Shown piece by piece: positions 10,623-24,175 of a DNA stretch of 64,000 nucleotides. This DNA is from Haliotis cracherodii (lineage: Eukaryota), in contig NW_027266330.1 of NCBI RefSeq assembly GCF_022045235.1, forward strand, positions 38,192,001 through 38,256,000, read 5' to 3'. How positions within the stretch are numbered: position 1 is the first letter of the stretch; every line of letters starts with the position of its first letter. A program made the translations under genes and the position numbers. Under the pieces are notes generated by a model, which did not search any database, was not told the origin of the DNA, and saw nothing but the letters and a program-made list of their open reading frames with translations.

Positions 10623-10904
10623 GGGTCACGGGTGGCCCAGTCGTCTTAGGCGCCACGATTCGCTGTGCAGAGTTGCGTCCCTTGAGTATGCCAGAAACCA
10701 ATGATTGTGGGTTCGAATCCCGGTTCGTCCCGATTATGTTTATAGGTTTGTCCGCACCATACCCGTGCTCGTGGGTTTCACCGAAGTGGTAAACGTCTGA
10801 GACCTGCATCACTTCGGGCTTTCCTCCCACATTAAGCTGACACGCCGGGATATAACTGGAATACTGTTAAAAGCGGCGTTAAACCCAACCCACTCACTCA
10901 CTCA
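10623..10904 (+). mobile_element. tRNA-derived SINE family A
   Basis: A-box-like TGGCCCAGTCG, B box GGTTCGAATCC, tail GCGGCGTTAAAC + (ACTC)n. Several copies occur in the window. Confidence 0.88.
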
Positions 10905-13294
10905 GCATCAATGTCATCTGGAGGCTGCTTGGAGAGACAGTGATGGTAATCACGACATTCGAGATGTCGGTACATTTGAGATAATGGGATTGACCGTATA
11001 TATTGCCGGATCTTATTTAACGCCTAACCCTGAAGAGGGCATGTATAACATCGCTGGCATGTCAGGTGTGTACAGGCGGAAGTACTGTTACGCATATTTG
11101 TGTATTAGGTGTTTGTAGATGATATATCCAGTACAAAATAATCTCTACAAAGACAATTGTAAGGAGCTGTATTCCTCGAGAAATATGACGATGAACACGT
11201 GACAACCAACTTCCTGATGAGAAGCGCATATATTTGTCACATGTACAAATCATTTTGGGGAAAACCCATTTGCCTGTATCATGAGAAAGTCATATATAAA
11301 ACTCACGATACAATATTGTTGATGATATTTTTTTTTTCAACCGCGCTTTCATCACTAGATGCCGCTACAGCCGTTAGAAGTAAAGTAATATTCTATAAAC
11401 AATGTCAATATTTGAGTCACTTACTTATATCCCAACCCCCAAAACATCTCAGTTGCGAGTATCAGAATATACCAATATGACTGCATTACACATTTTTCAA
11501 ACATATATTGACTTTAAAAAAAAATTACGAACAGGATTATCATAGAATATGGTATCTTAGATTCAACTCTTCTTCGTTGTTTAAGCTGAACCTTTCAGCT
11601 ACACAATTGATAAGAACTGAAAAGGAACATGAAGGTGTTCTACTGAAACCACGCTACAAGTAGATTAGGATGAGAATCAGCCAATGAAATACTGAGGACA
11701 ACCGCTCTATGTTCAATCTTGTAAATAAAGAAGTCAACAGTGAAGTTTGTTACAGCATTCAACAGCGCCGAGCAATAACCAGCCCACACGACTTTTATAT
11801 CCACAGCTCTGAATGTCTACAAGAAAGTAGTTACGGGTCGGGGTTTTTCTATGGTACATTGCGCGTAATTGCTATGACTTTTCCGCCAGCCTTATAAATC
11901 TCTAAAACAAATGTAAGTTTCATGTACAAATGATCTCTCAGATAATATGTTTGTAAGGTACAAACAACAAGCTTCCATCCTCTCATATATTGTATACGAG
12001 CTTGTAGTACAGTCTACGTATGATGAATTTCTAAAGGATAAACAATTATCAGACATTTTTGTTTTTTTAAACTGTAATGGGTAGATGAAGGAAGAGGTAT
12101 CCAGACCTGTTTTTTCCATAAAATACATATAAAGCAATATCTGTAGACGATCAATCAGAATCAAGGAATTGGCATTCAATCAGCAGAGCAACTTATCAAT
12201 AGCATAACAATCATTTCAATGAAAAAAATGATTTGTGACATAATTTTGAACTGCAATTTATAAAGCATATTAACGTATTAATAGTTCCTAGTAATACGTG
12301 TAATATTTAACTTCATTTTCCATAGCAAAATAAACAAGTTGGTGGACCCTTAATTTGACTGTCGACCAAGCATTTGTGAAAATGTATTTGGGTATGTATA
12401 TTACGAAAACCCTTTAAGGTTATATCATTTTATATTTTGTTTTAAAAAAAATCAAGAGACCATGTTAAAAGTTCAACATATAGTACTTTGTTGAAAATTT
12501 AAATTAACATCTGAAATTTAAAATGCAAGAAACAATCATTATGTAAAGCATTAATTAATTTACCTTGAAATTTCAACACCGAATCATGAATTTTAAAAAA
12601 ATAGCGCATTTAATTGGCAATATAGTATATTGAAATATTATACTGTTACACTGCGCTTTCTTTGAAACACAACCACCCATCTAGAGCACACAACCGTCAC
12701 ACTAGTCCCCGGGAAGGTGTATTACGATGACCAGAGTTAGTAGTGTATTGACGCCAACTATGTGTGTAAGGTAACGGAACCTTACTGCATTGTTGGTTAA
12801 AGCAATGATTTAAGAGAATATGCTCTCCTCTTTTCCGGGTACGTGACAGCAGTTTATTCATGAATATGTGTAGGCTCTAGATATTACTGTTTCCATGTGG
12901 TAACAGTGTCTTAAAGTTTGAATTTGCTTCAGACATGAACATGTGAATATGAACGACACTGTGTCTTTTGATGCCCTCGTTTCCGATTGCGATAAGGTTT
13001 GAAAGAAAATCAAAGGCCCACGATGTAAGACATGAGCCACGACAAAATGTTAATTTAATGTACATATTTTGCAGCCAAGGCCTGATGATAATGTACGCTT
13101 ATTACATTTAATTACACACATATATATATATATCATATGATATTATGATGCGTTAATACATGTAAATAATCTGAAAAGTGCCAGCGTGTATATCATCCTT
13201 CCTCATCTCAGTTCTAAGAGTGTTCATTGTTCGTTTGAGCCGCCGCATGCCTTTCATCAAAAGACTCAGAGGTATTGATGCATTGCTTTTAGCG

Positions 13295-13432
13295 TTCTGA
13301 CACAGTATACTCCGAACCGACCAGTCCTGGTTTTAGCGCCTTTATGCCGAGCGCCAGTATCATCTTTCAACGTCTTTTGGCATGACGCGTCCGGCATCAA
13401 ACCTCGGACCTTCCACTCTCCGGATGGACCCG
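13295..13432 (-). mobile_element. Partial SINE family D (Meta/RUDI-like)
   Basis: Degenerate match to 53215-53365. Confidence 0.7.
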
Positions 13433-14559
13433 AAATTTAAGGTAGATAATAGATCTACATGTATATGTATTCGTAAACTATGAATTTTTTACAGTATAAC
13501 CTTTCAGATAATGCGCATGTATCATCAGTTATAAATAGCTAGTTTGCATGACAATTACATAGGGTGAGATGTTAAAATATTATAAACCTTCTATCGATTC
13601 CTACGACAGCATGGTTTTTTTACTAGAGAATGAAATTAAGTGCATACGGATGCACTTTATGAATGGAATATAAAGCATTATGAGCATTATAAAGCATAGT
13701 GAGGCATTATTTTTCCTTTTAATCATGCTATCATTCTATTAAGCACTGTTCACTGACAACAACTCGCCGAAACATCTGGAGTTGGCTAGTATTATCAGTT
13801 TTAGTATTATCAGTATTATCTGGAGGCTAGAGGGTCCTTGTTTATATGTATCAATAAGTCCTGTCAACTGCCGGAACGTCACTCCTCAAAAGTGTTAATA
13901 AATATAACTGCTGGTCCTGTTCTTGGCCTTTTACTACCATCAAGATTGATGAATATGTGAATGAATTACACCTTAAAAACCCAAACTATGAATTCTTAAA
14001 AGCATATTTAATAGATAAAAATATATCACATTGTCATGAAAGACATTTCCGTAAATCCCGTATTTGTTAGCTTTCCTGTCATGCTTCTGTCATTGTAGAA
14101 CTTTAATGGTCTTTCGTTTCGCTGAATTGTACGAGTAAAGTATTTGGGAGACAACCCCGTGTAGAGACACAACACGTCAAACCCAGAAAATAATCAGCAA
14201 TGCAATGCAAGTAGTTCTTGTTGATTCATGCAACTTGTTCCGCGGGGTATATTCATATTCATGCCATGTCGACCGTTCCGTGGGAGCCACAAATCGATCA
14301 TAACTCTTCAATAGTCGCGATTCTATGTTAAAATATGGAAGGTCGCCTTGATTATCACCTCAACTAAGTAACAATAGCAGTATACTCCCGGTATACGTCA
14401 TTTCCTCAAAATGCGACAAATGTTAAAAGCACACTATAAATTGTAACTAATATTGAATAATTTTATATATCCGTTAATGTCTGAGAATAAGGTTTAACTG
14501 TAAACTGACGGTAAACAATAACCCTAAATTAGTGTTATCCCAACGGTTAAAGGTAAACG

Positions 14560-15130
14560 ATTGCATAAAGGTTAAAGATTAACACGAAGCACACATATTC
14601 CTTGAACAACCTACAACCAGGTTTGCTGGTGGGTAAACCCAACACAAGCTGCCACACAGTTGTAGCTCACGCTATCAGCGTTACAAATAGTGTAACACAA
14701 TGTTGGTTAAGGAAAGAGGTGATATCACATATGCGTTATGGTCCAAATCAGGATCGTCTTAACAATTTCCACAATAGCTAGAAGTAGATTAGAAATTATA
14801 TCTGCTGCGTTTTGACCTGTTACGTCTATCCAATCCGAAGGAAATTGTATTTGTCTTACCTGATCATGTAAACGTATTTCTATCAACCTCAACACTCAGG
14901 AGGTTAAAGTGAAAGTAGGGAAATACTGATTAACGCGTCGATTCTCGGGAAATAGATGTGACTGCATGGGTGGGTTTTTCCCGATGTTTACAAATTATTA
15001 TGACTCATTAGTACAAATTGTTGTGTTCAGTATCAATTATTAATTATTTAAAATGGATCTGCAGCTAGGTTTATATTTCCTCACAAAATTTATCGAAATA
15101 TTGCTCTTTTTGCCTCGGAGATACATAATG
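14560..15130 (-). promoter_or_regulatory. Promoter/exon-0 module copy C (likely for TNF-2)
   Basis: Donor GATCAG|GTAAGA at 14860/14859, Inr-like TCAGT near 14925, Rel/Dorsal-like GGGAAAAACCC near 14972-14982 and AP-1 TGACTCA at 15001-15007. The matching acceptor GTTTCAG| is at 10396. Confidence 0.6.
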
Positions 15131-15179
15131 GAAGATATTTTACGTGTCTCCTGTAGTATCATGTTTCTTTCATCGAAGT

Positions 15180-15580
15180 GGGCACGCGTGTCCCAGTCGT
15201 CTAAGGCGCCGCGATTCACTGTGCGGAGTTGCGTCCCTTGGGCTACAGGAGTCCGTATCTAAAAATAGACGCCCTCATGCATATTCATGACCATCTCCAC
15301 ACGCGAGCCTTATGAATATGCACGAGGGCGTCTTTTTTTAGATACGGACTCGCGTGCTTGGGCACGCCAGAAACCTATGATTGTGGGTTCGAATCCCGGT
15401 TCGCCCGGATTATGATTCTAGGTTTGTCAGCACCACACCCGTGCTCGTGGGTTTCACCGAAGTGGTAAACGTCTGAGACATGCATCACCTCGGGCTTTCC
15501 TCCCACATTAATCATAAGCTGACACGCCGTGACATAACTAGAACAATGTAAAATGCGGCTATAAATCCAACTCACTCACT
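15180..15580 (+). mobile_element. SINE family A interrupted by a hairpin MITE
   Basis: Matches 22193-22472 apart from an insert at 15243-15356. Confidence 0.88.
15243..15356. mobile_element. 114-bp fold-back MITE with 6-bp TSD
   Basis: Inverted arms of ~40 bp (15249-15288 and 15312-15351). CTTGGG is duplicated at 15237-15242 and 15357-15362. Confidence 0.8.
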
Positions 15581-15874
15581 ATCATCGAGTGAAAATATTT
15601 CCCTTAAAGTGTTATGTTCAAAGGAATGAAAAAATAACTTTTCTCACCTCCAAAATGAAGTATGTGATAAACGTTTGTATGTGTATGCTCTATGACACAT
15701 ACGATAACAATGTTTGCACAGACCCTGAAATAAATATATCCAATACAGCCCATGCAAGTCTATAATATATGGCAAGTGTAGATTGCTTAATTGTACGGGT
15801 TGTGTTGGACTAACATTTTGTGTCTGAAATGAACATATTTTACACACAGAACAGTTGTTTTTACAAATGTTAAA

Positions 15875-16170
15875 TTCCCGTCTTGATCATCATGATTATG
15901 ATTCAACCTGTATCATTTGTCAGTGTCCAAAATTACTGTCATAGGATATTCTTTCTTTTAAGGTTTATCTTCAACAAGCTACCATGGGCATATTTTCGCC
16001 AACGTGTCTGGAATCGCACAAGGTCAATACACATACATGTAACTCCATTCCTAATATTTGTTTCTTATATTCACTAAACTCACTTCAAAAGAAGTGACGA
16101 ACACACAGCTTTCACAACCCTTTCCTTGATTGAAACTTGGCGACTTTTGTTGCTATCCATTTCTGAAACA
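15875..16170 (-). pseudogene. Remnant of a TNF-2/3-like paralog (truncated exon 1, possible exon-2 trace)
   Basis: Acceptor GTGTTTCAG| at 16163. The frame MDSNKSRQVSIKERVVKAVCSSLLLK* (16160-16080) aligns to MKRIVKGVCSSLLVLN. 15875-15905 weakly resembles exon 2. No exon 3 or 4 was seen. Confidence 0.7.
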
Positions 16171-16367
16171 CACTTGGCAGTTTATGCTAACCATTATAAG
16201 AGTATGCGTATTAACAACACAAACATCCATGTATGTAAAGAAATAAGGATCATGTGAAGTTGTTTCTACAAGCCAACATATATATTGACGGAAATTATGA
16301 AACGCATATCAATGATGAAAATGAACGTGTCATTTGTATACCACCGCTTGCATGCTGAATTTGTATA

Positions 16368-16416
<49 letters not shown>

Positions 16417-16845
16417 TGATTTGTTAAGCGCCTAAAATCCATCGACAGTTGCTCACTGGCGCTGTGACAAAGTTAAAAAGTAATGTCTATGTACATATGC
16501 CAACAATCAGGAGATCTATTGAAAAGCTGAAGTGAAGAAGTGTGTTTTGAGGAGAGACTTAAACGTTTCCTTAGAAGCAGAGTTTCTCAGATTCAAAGGC
16601 AAAGAGTTCCATAACCGTGTACTGCAAAGGGAGAAGGCACGGTCAGACATAGCAGAAGTAGACAGAGGCTGATACAGTAGAGTTCCACAAGAGGATCGGA
16701 GAGCACGCTCTGGAGAGAACAGGGATATAAGATCTTTGAGATAGTCTGGATAGTCGCTATTGTTGAGGCGCGCAGTCGTGAGTGACACGGCATGTGATGA
16801 TTTACAAACTATATACACAATAATCTAGAGATGTACTGGCAATCA
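16368..16845 (-). mobile_element. 3' end of L2/CR1-group LINE with (TTA)n tail
   Basis: ORF 16516-16818 has the C-terminal signature PDYL..L...RALRS...RAFS....LWNSLP..LR....FKSLLKTHFF. It is followed by a short 3' UTR and a trinucleotide tail (16368-16417). Confidence 0.85.
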
Positions 16846-18050
16846 CAATATAATCGACTATGATATGCACTTTATATCCAGACAGCGTTCACAGAGGAAT
16901 GAAATGTTTCAATTATTTCAATTAATTTCGTAAGGTGCTAATATTTGTGTTCTGGTGTAATTTCATGAATGTTATAATGTTTGAAATACCAAAATGATGT
17001 ATGTCTACATATAACTTCCTAACCCTTTAAAATATGTACATGAGAATAATTTATGAAATACATCACTTACAAAGATTACATTTTCCTTATATTAAGTGAG
17101 TAATTTTCGATCGCACAACTTCTATAGGAATACGGTGACGAACAGTGAGAAAATGTGTATATTTAGGTACCGTTGTTTCGGTTCCAAAGTTTCATGTAAT
17201 TATGTTTTAAAGATGCCATACATTTTAGCTTTTGAAGAATTAAACGTTTTGCATAAAAATGATCTTCGCGTACAACTAATTTCCTGGTGAGAAAAAAATA
17301 AACATTCCCTGGGTTTCTTGTGTCTTTGAAGGCCATTTGAAAGTTGGATAAGAATAAAATAATACCCACCAGGAGAAAATGGTCCTAATGGGTGCTATGA
17401 GGTCATTCAAATGTAATACATGCGGCCAGTGCTTAGGTAAAATTAACTTCAATTATGTGAATCATAAAAATGTACGTTTCTTTTGCCATTTAGGATATAA
17501 AGATAACGTTTTGAAATTGTACGTATATGTGAACACATTTGCTGTTTTTATGCACCCTTCACCATGTGAGTGTTTAATTAGAAATACATTCTGTTTGTGA
17601 CAGTTTATGTTTTTTTTCCCGGATTATATATATATATATAACGACAGCTCGTAGCTCATCATTTGGGATCCATCGCTACTCTTCGTAGACATGAGGTGCC
17701 ACCACATTGTTCATGGGGAGATCAGTTTAAGAACAGGCTTCGACTGCGTGATTCGAAACTAGAACTAGACTGCACCGAAACGTCGCTCCTAATTGTAATA
17801 AAGAAGTTGTTCATTCATATATCTTATCCTTACTTAGTACTCCAACTTCTAAATGCCTCGCAAAGAAAATACAATAATCTTGATGATCAATTTATTCTAA
17901 CGCTGTTACCATTTCTACTTCAACATGTGCTGCAAGATGGTATTCATTTGAGCTGTGTCAGTATGTAACTCACTTACCTGCCTTGACAGTGCCACATAGA
18001 GGATATGTCGGTAAATCTCGCATGACACATGGTACATAGGCAAGGAACAA

Positions 18051-19118
18051 GCGATGATCAGACCTGGCGGTATGCTTGGACAACCGATGATCGGACCTGG
18101 CGGTATACTCGGACAGGCGATGATCGAACCTGGCGGTATACTCGGACAAGCGATGACCAGACCTGGCGGTATACTCGGACAGGCGATGATCGGTCCTGGC
18201 GGTACACTTGGAAAACTGATGATCAGACTTGGCGGTATACTCGGACAAGCGATGACCAGACCTGGCGGTATACTCGGACAGGCGATGACCAGACCTGGCG
18301 GTATACTCGGACAGACGATGATCGGAACTGACGGTATACTCGGACAGGCGATGATCAGACCTGGCGGTATACTCGGACAACCGATGATCAGACTTGGCGG
18401 TATACTCGGACAGGCGATGATCAGACCTGGCGGTATACTCGGACAGGCGATGATCAGACCTGGCGGTATACTCGGACAGGCGATGATCAGACCTGGCGGT
18501 ATACTCGGACAGGCGATGATCAGACCTGGCGGTATACTTGGACAGGCGATGATCAGACCTGGCGGTATACTCGGACAGGCGATGATCAGACCTGGCGGTA
18601 TACTCGGACAGGCGATGATCAGACCTGGCGGTATACTTGGACAACCGATGATCGGACCTGACGGTATACTCGGACAGGCGATGATCAGACCTGACGGTAT
18701 ACTCGGACAGGCGATGATCAGACCTGGCGGTATACTTGGACAGGCGATGATCAGACCTGGCGGTATACTCGGACAGGCGATGACCAGACCTGGCAGTATA
18801 CTCGGACAACCGATGACCAGACCTGGCGGTATACTCGGACAGGCGATGATCGGATCTGACGGTTTACTCGAACTGGCGATGATCAGACCTGACGGTATGC
18901 TCGGATAAGCGATTATCAGACCTGACAGTACACTCGGACAACCTATGATCAGACCTGGCGGTATACTCGAACAGACAATGACCAGACCTGACGGTATACT
19001 CGGAGAGGCGATGATCATACCCATCGGTGTACTCGGGCAGGCGATGATCGAACCTCAAGGTATACTCGGACAGGCGATTATAAGATCTGACGGTATACAC
19101 GGACAGGCGATGATCATC
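18051..19118. repeat. 33-bp minisatellite, ~32 units
   Basis: Same unit as 7137-7840. The central units are almost identical to one another. Confidence 0.97.
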
Positions 19119-20271
19119 GAGATTGGACGCATCAAGACTCTAAGTAAGTATGTCTCACCTTACAGATTGGCTGCACGGTGCCTTACGTTCAGTACCAGTG
19201 TATTAGAGAGGAGTCCTCAAACACTAGGACACCTCACTACCCACTGGAGGTTAACAAACAAGAGTCAATATGGTATAAATTCTACCGTCACAGTTAATTA
19301 TAATGCTTACTCCAGCTTTTTCTCTCTGCACAAAAGTGAATAATGATCTCAAGCTACATAAATAACGTCCGAATGTGACGTTCTTCGGACTTTTTATATG
19401 TACATACGAGGGACTATGAGACGTCACGTTTGTTTAGGGCACACATGGCCTTTCATAACGTTACAAAGTGAAGCAAGTTTACAGGTAACGCCCTTTATTG
19501 GTGGGTAGACAGGACCATAGTTGCCGAATACAATATGTACACTGTATATATCTCATGTTTACTGAGACGGTCGTGTAAGAAATATTCGTAAACAACTAAA
19601 TACGTATACATCAGCAAGAATAAACACGCTTTTCATCAGCTTAATGGTAATTGTTGACGAAATACCCATGTATGGTAGAGTAGATACACACATCGCTGAG
19701 TCTACCTCAAACGTACTATATTACATTAAATCCGGGATTCTTTTATTTTCTGTCAGTTGTAAATCAGGAACCATTGGAATTTGGAAATACTGTTTTAGTC
19801 ATTTATTTTTTTAAAAACTAACAGATGTACATGTTAAAGTAGATTTGTAGGCAAATCATTACAATGAACATTAATAATAAAACAAACAAAATATGTTTCA
19901 ATGAGTATCCTGTTGTTAGTGGTAATATTCGTTGTATGTAAATAAAGACTTATATAAACCAGTTTATGTTTTCAACAGTAAAAAAACAACGTTGTTGCTA
20001 AAACGAAATAAAATATAAATCCCGTTCAATAAATACTCAATAACATCCGCAAATGTAAAACGTACAACAATATAATTGCAAAAATACTCAACATATTCAA
20101 TTAAGGATTGAAGTTGTATTTGTTGACGTTCATAAGCTGAGGAGCAAATTCCATGATGATAAATACAACTTAAATCCTTATAATGACATACACATAGCTA
20201 CATCAGAGTGATCAGAGTGATATCAGTTTACAAACAGAAACATGAAACATTATATAACCAAATCAACAATG

Positions 20272-20893
20272 TGTCAACGCGCATGTTGGCGGGGAATTAG
20301 CTCTTGGGGGAAAAAAGAACAAAATCGACATCACTGTCCCGGAACGCTTTATGCACAACATGTAAACAATAAACAACAACTGCACAATGAGCGGAATACC
20401 TGCTCTGACAACACAAACACAGCGATGAGCGGACCTTCCAGCTCAGGCGTACAAGAGGTGAGCGGAGCTCCAGCTCACTTCAGGGCGTTTCAGCGGCACA
20501 TCCTGCTCGAGGTCGTCCTTATGCCAACACTCGGAATACCAAGCCTGACTAACACCCTAGTAACAGTGTAATTGTAGCACATATATAGTAATGAACAACG
20601 ATGGACAGACAAAGAGAGACAATGACATTGCTTTGGACATTGGACATGTGGGCGTGCTTAAGCAACACAGTTCATGGGATGATCAATTAGGGCAATAAAT
20701 GCCATACTATAAAAAGCAGTAGGTAAAGGGAAGTGATACCCGTGTGCGAAATACGCATCAGTCGGATGGCGCAAGTTAAATCTCCGAAGTAAGTAAGTAA
20801 GTAAGTAAGTAAGGGAAGTGATATACACGAAAACTGGCCAAATTGGTATCACATCTACACAGACGGAGCCTCTTATCCGGTCTCCAATCACAC
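20272..20893. mobile_element. Possible solo LTR or unclassified insertion
   Basis: Absent from the paralogous position near 8410 and bounded by TGT...ACA. No TSD was found. Confidence 0.3.
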
Positions 20894-20904
20894 AGGCTTC
20901 GGAG

Positions 20905-21860
20905 TCCACATCGCGCAACCAACTAAAAGCACACAATCTTTTCGACTCCCAAAATATCAATCTATCTTTACAGCAGAGCTAATGAGCATGGCCTCAGCCC
21001 TCCATAACCAACAATCTAAAAAAACACCAAAAAATCCTAATTCTTACAGACTCCCTCAGTGGATTACAGACCCTCCAAAATAAAAACATCAAAAACCGTC
21101 CTAAACTTATAAATCAAATATTAAAAAGCACAAACGACTTAACTAAGGCAGGCAAACAAATAGTATTCATTTGGATCCCCGCCCACGTAGGAATATACGG
21201 CAACGAAAACGCCGATAAAGCTGCTAAACAATCCCTTAAAATCCCTGAAATAAGCTTAAACCTCTCAAAATCAGAAATCAAAAGTATCAACAAACGGAAA
21301 GTCACCAAAACATGGCATAACCTATATCAAAAATCAAATAGCCAAATCCAAAAACTTCTCAAAAAAAACTTAACCAAACCAAAAAAATCCTCAGTCAATC
21401 CCCAAAAATCGAGAGCGTAATCACTAAACTCCAAACAGGACACACCAACCTAAATAGCCACCTTATTCTTTTTTTTTAAAAAAACGCAACAGGAAACTGC
21501 CCACATTGCAAACACCTAGAAACCCCAGAACACGCACTCATACACTGCACCCACTACCAAACACGCCGAGCTACACTACAAACAACCCTCAATCTAAATA
21601 AGGCTCTTACTCTAGAAGCAATCCTAAGCCCACAAAATAAAATAGAAACATGTAAACCCTTAGGCGTGTACTTAATTAAAACAGATCTAATAAAGCGCAT
21701 CTAAAACCCAACAATCTAACAAATCAAACCACATCATCCAACAACCACACCATAATCAGCTCCCTTAGTCGGCCCACCGTACCCTCTTGGCATTCATTCC
21801 AAATCTAAAAATTTCAAAATTTCAATATAAACACTACTAAACTCCCCTCCTGGGTTGCCC
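20905..21860 (+). mobile_element. Degenerate RNase H-containing LINE (I/Nimb/R1 group) 3' fragment
   Basis: Translates to SIFTAEL, ILTDSLSGLQ and FIWIPAHVGIYGNENADKAAK (RNase H), then KLQTGHTNLNSHL and CPHC...ETPEHALIHC (CCHC knuckle). Contains stops and frameshifts. Confidence 0.88.
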
Positions 21861-21870
21861 AAATAACATA

Positions 21871-22033
21871 CAGTAAACTACGGTTATAACGAACTCAAAG
21901 GTACCACTGATATTAGTTTGATATAACCGTAGTTTGGTGTAAGTATATATACAGCAAATGGCCGGTACAAAAAATATTTTCGTTATATCTGTCAGTTGGT
22001 TATAAGCGTGTTCGTTATAAACGTAGTTTACTG
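21871..22033. mobile_element. Tc/pogo-type MITE
   Basis: TIRs CAGTAAACTACGGTTATAACGAA and TTCGTTATAAACGTAGTTTACTG, flanked by TA. Only the right half is present in the paralog at ~8540-8628. Confidence 0.82.
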
Positions 22034-22192
22034 TATATACAAAATATCCTAATGATGCTCTTCTCTTTAGAACATTCGGTTTATCAATAGGGGGACTTTG
22101 TCGGTAAATATCTCATGTGTAGTGACTATAGGATTCCGAATCCCGTAACGAGATTCCAAATAAGGACCTTCTTTGAAGTCTCGTCCATATTA

Positions 22193-22472
22193 GGGGGCAC
22201 GGATGGCCCAGTCGTCTAAGGCGCCGCGATTCGTTGTGCAGAGTTGCGTCCCTTGGTCACACCAGAAACCTATGGTTGTGGGTTCGAATCCCGGTTCACT
22301 CCGATTATGTTTCTAGGTTTGTCAGCACCATACCCGTGCTCGTGGGTTTCACCGAAGTGGTAAACGTCTGAGACCTGCATCACGTCGGGCTTTCCTCCCA
22401 CATTAAGCTGACACGCCGCGATATAACTGGAATACTGTTAAAAGCGGCGTTAAACCCCAACTCACTCACTCA
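22193..22472 (+). mobile_element. SINE family A, full length, 13-bp TSD
   Basis: TSD CTCGTCCATATTA at 22180-22192 and 22473-22485. The empty site is visible in the paralog at ~8772. Confidence 0.93.
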
Positions 22473-22696
22473 CTCGTCCATATTATAAAATAGATTATCC
22501 CCGCCAGTTTGCTGACAGCGTAAGGATGGCATATGCATGCATGTCTATGCATACTATACTTGTAATGCTTATGTACAAGAGCTGCACTTTTGAACCTAAA
22601 ACAAGAAGCAATATGAAGTGAACAAATGAAGTGAAGGCATTGGTGCACAATGCATTTCTATATCAAAACAACCTGTCAGATTGCCTAGATGTAGCG

Positions 22697-23785
22697 TTAA
22701 ATCATGTATACACCAAAGTAATGCCAGTCTTTGTCATGCCTCAGTGGGTTTATCCTTGATACTTTAACAACCAGCTGATCCCCAGCGTTGAGTTGCAGGA
22801 GTCCATGGATGTCACTGGAGTATTCCAGGCTAGCGCCGTCAATGATGTCGTTTTTATTTTCAGACACTGCGTCAGCAAGTGCAGTTGTACTCGTCTGTTT
22901 TAATGTATTGTATCGCATTATGGAATGTTGGAAATCAGTTTCTGTATCTCCACGATGATTCTTTTCTGTGTAGAACTTGACATGGCTGTATACAACATAC
23001 ACACCCGTGGCGGGGATTATGAAGCTGCCGTTTTCATACCACATCCCGTTATACAAGAGTTGTCTCCCTGGTCCAACAAACGGCACCCATATTTTTATAG
23101 ATGTCTCATTTACATTCTCTGAAATTAAGACCATGCATTATTTGTCACAGAAACATGCATTATTGGTTAGGATAAACAATACATATGCACACACATCTGA
23201 AGAAGAACGCAACGCAGATCGATTGTGTGAGAATAATTACATCAAAATATATGTGTTTTTTCCTCAGTACACTAAATAGTACTTATTTGACCCGACAATA
23301 GTGAGCTGGTTATCTTACCAATGTGGCCAAGGAAGTCCAGTCCAGTAAGATATGCTATAGGTTTCAGCAGGTTCAAGAATGCCACTGACATGTTCGGTGG
23401 CCTTGCACCTGTATCAGATTTAAACACTGTCTTATAACACACGCAATTGACATATTAGAATCATGATCAAAACAAATCATTCAACATCTTTTGCATAACT
23501 TTCTGCATCAATGCATACGAAGTTACCAAAACCAAATGTGTATTTACCAAGCAATCTTAAGACAATTATTACAGCTGAATTATTGCTTTTGATGAAGCAG
23601 ATTATTTAAGAAGAATTCTTTTGGTTTCATCCACTTACCTTTCCGTTCATGAGTACCATTATCATTATCGATTATTATTTTCAATCGGTCTTCGTATATC
23701 TGTAAAATGATTACACAGCTAATAAATTGTATAAATTATGGTATTCTGAAAATCAGCAACAATAATATGAACATGATAAAAGTAC

Positions 23786-23827
<42 letters not shown>

Positions 23828-24050
23828 CCAGTATAATCAAATTCAGTATAACATTACAGGTAGTATACTCTGAAAGTTAAATATTAAGATCAATATTTTT
23901 GCTTACCTTGCTGATTTGTTGCTTCAAGCCTTCTGTGTTACTAATCTGCGTACCGTGTTTACTGGATGCTACACTGCAGATAACTGCAATGCCTACTGCT
24001 ATATTCAAGAGAAGAAGTGATGCACACCCAACTTTCCCAATCCTTTCCAT
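22697..24050 (-). CDS. TNF superfamily ligand, paralog 3 (~238 aa)
   Basis: Exons 24050-23907, 23699-23639, 23408-23319, 23118-22697 with GT-AG introns, giving 717 nt. Closest to TNF-2. Confidence 0.92.
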
Positions 24051-24175
24051 GATTGACCTTCACGTCTTTGTGTTGCTGTCCGATTCTGAAACACATAAGG
24101 GCGAATTCATATTTTAATAGTTAGTCAGAAACACCAGTTGGCCAGTGGTATAATATATGGCGCTGCAGTTCTCTA

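Larger units (their letters stand above)
17770..24175. repeat. Segmental duplication unit 2 (paralogous to 6855-10475)
   Basis: Near-identical minisatellite flanks (17770-18050, 19120-19610) and the TNF-3 3' region. Interrupted by LINE, SINE and other inserts. Confidence 0.9.
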
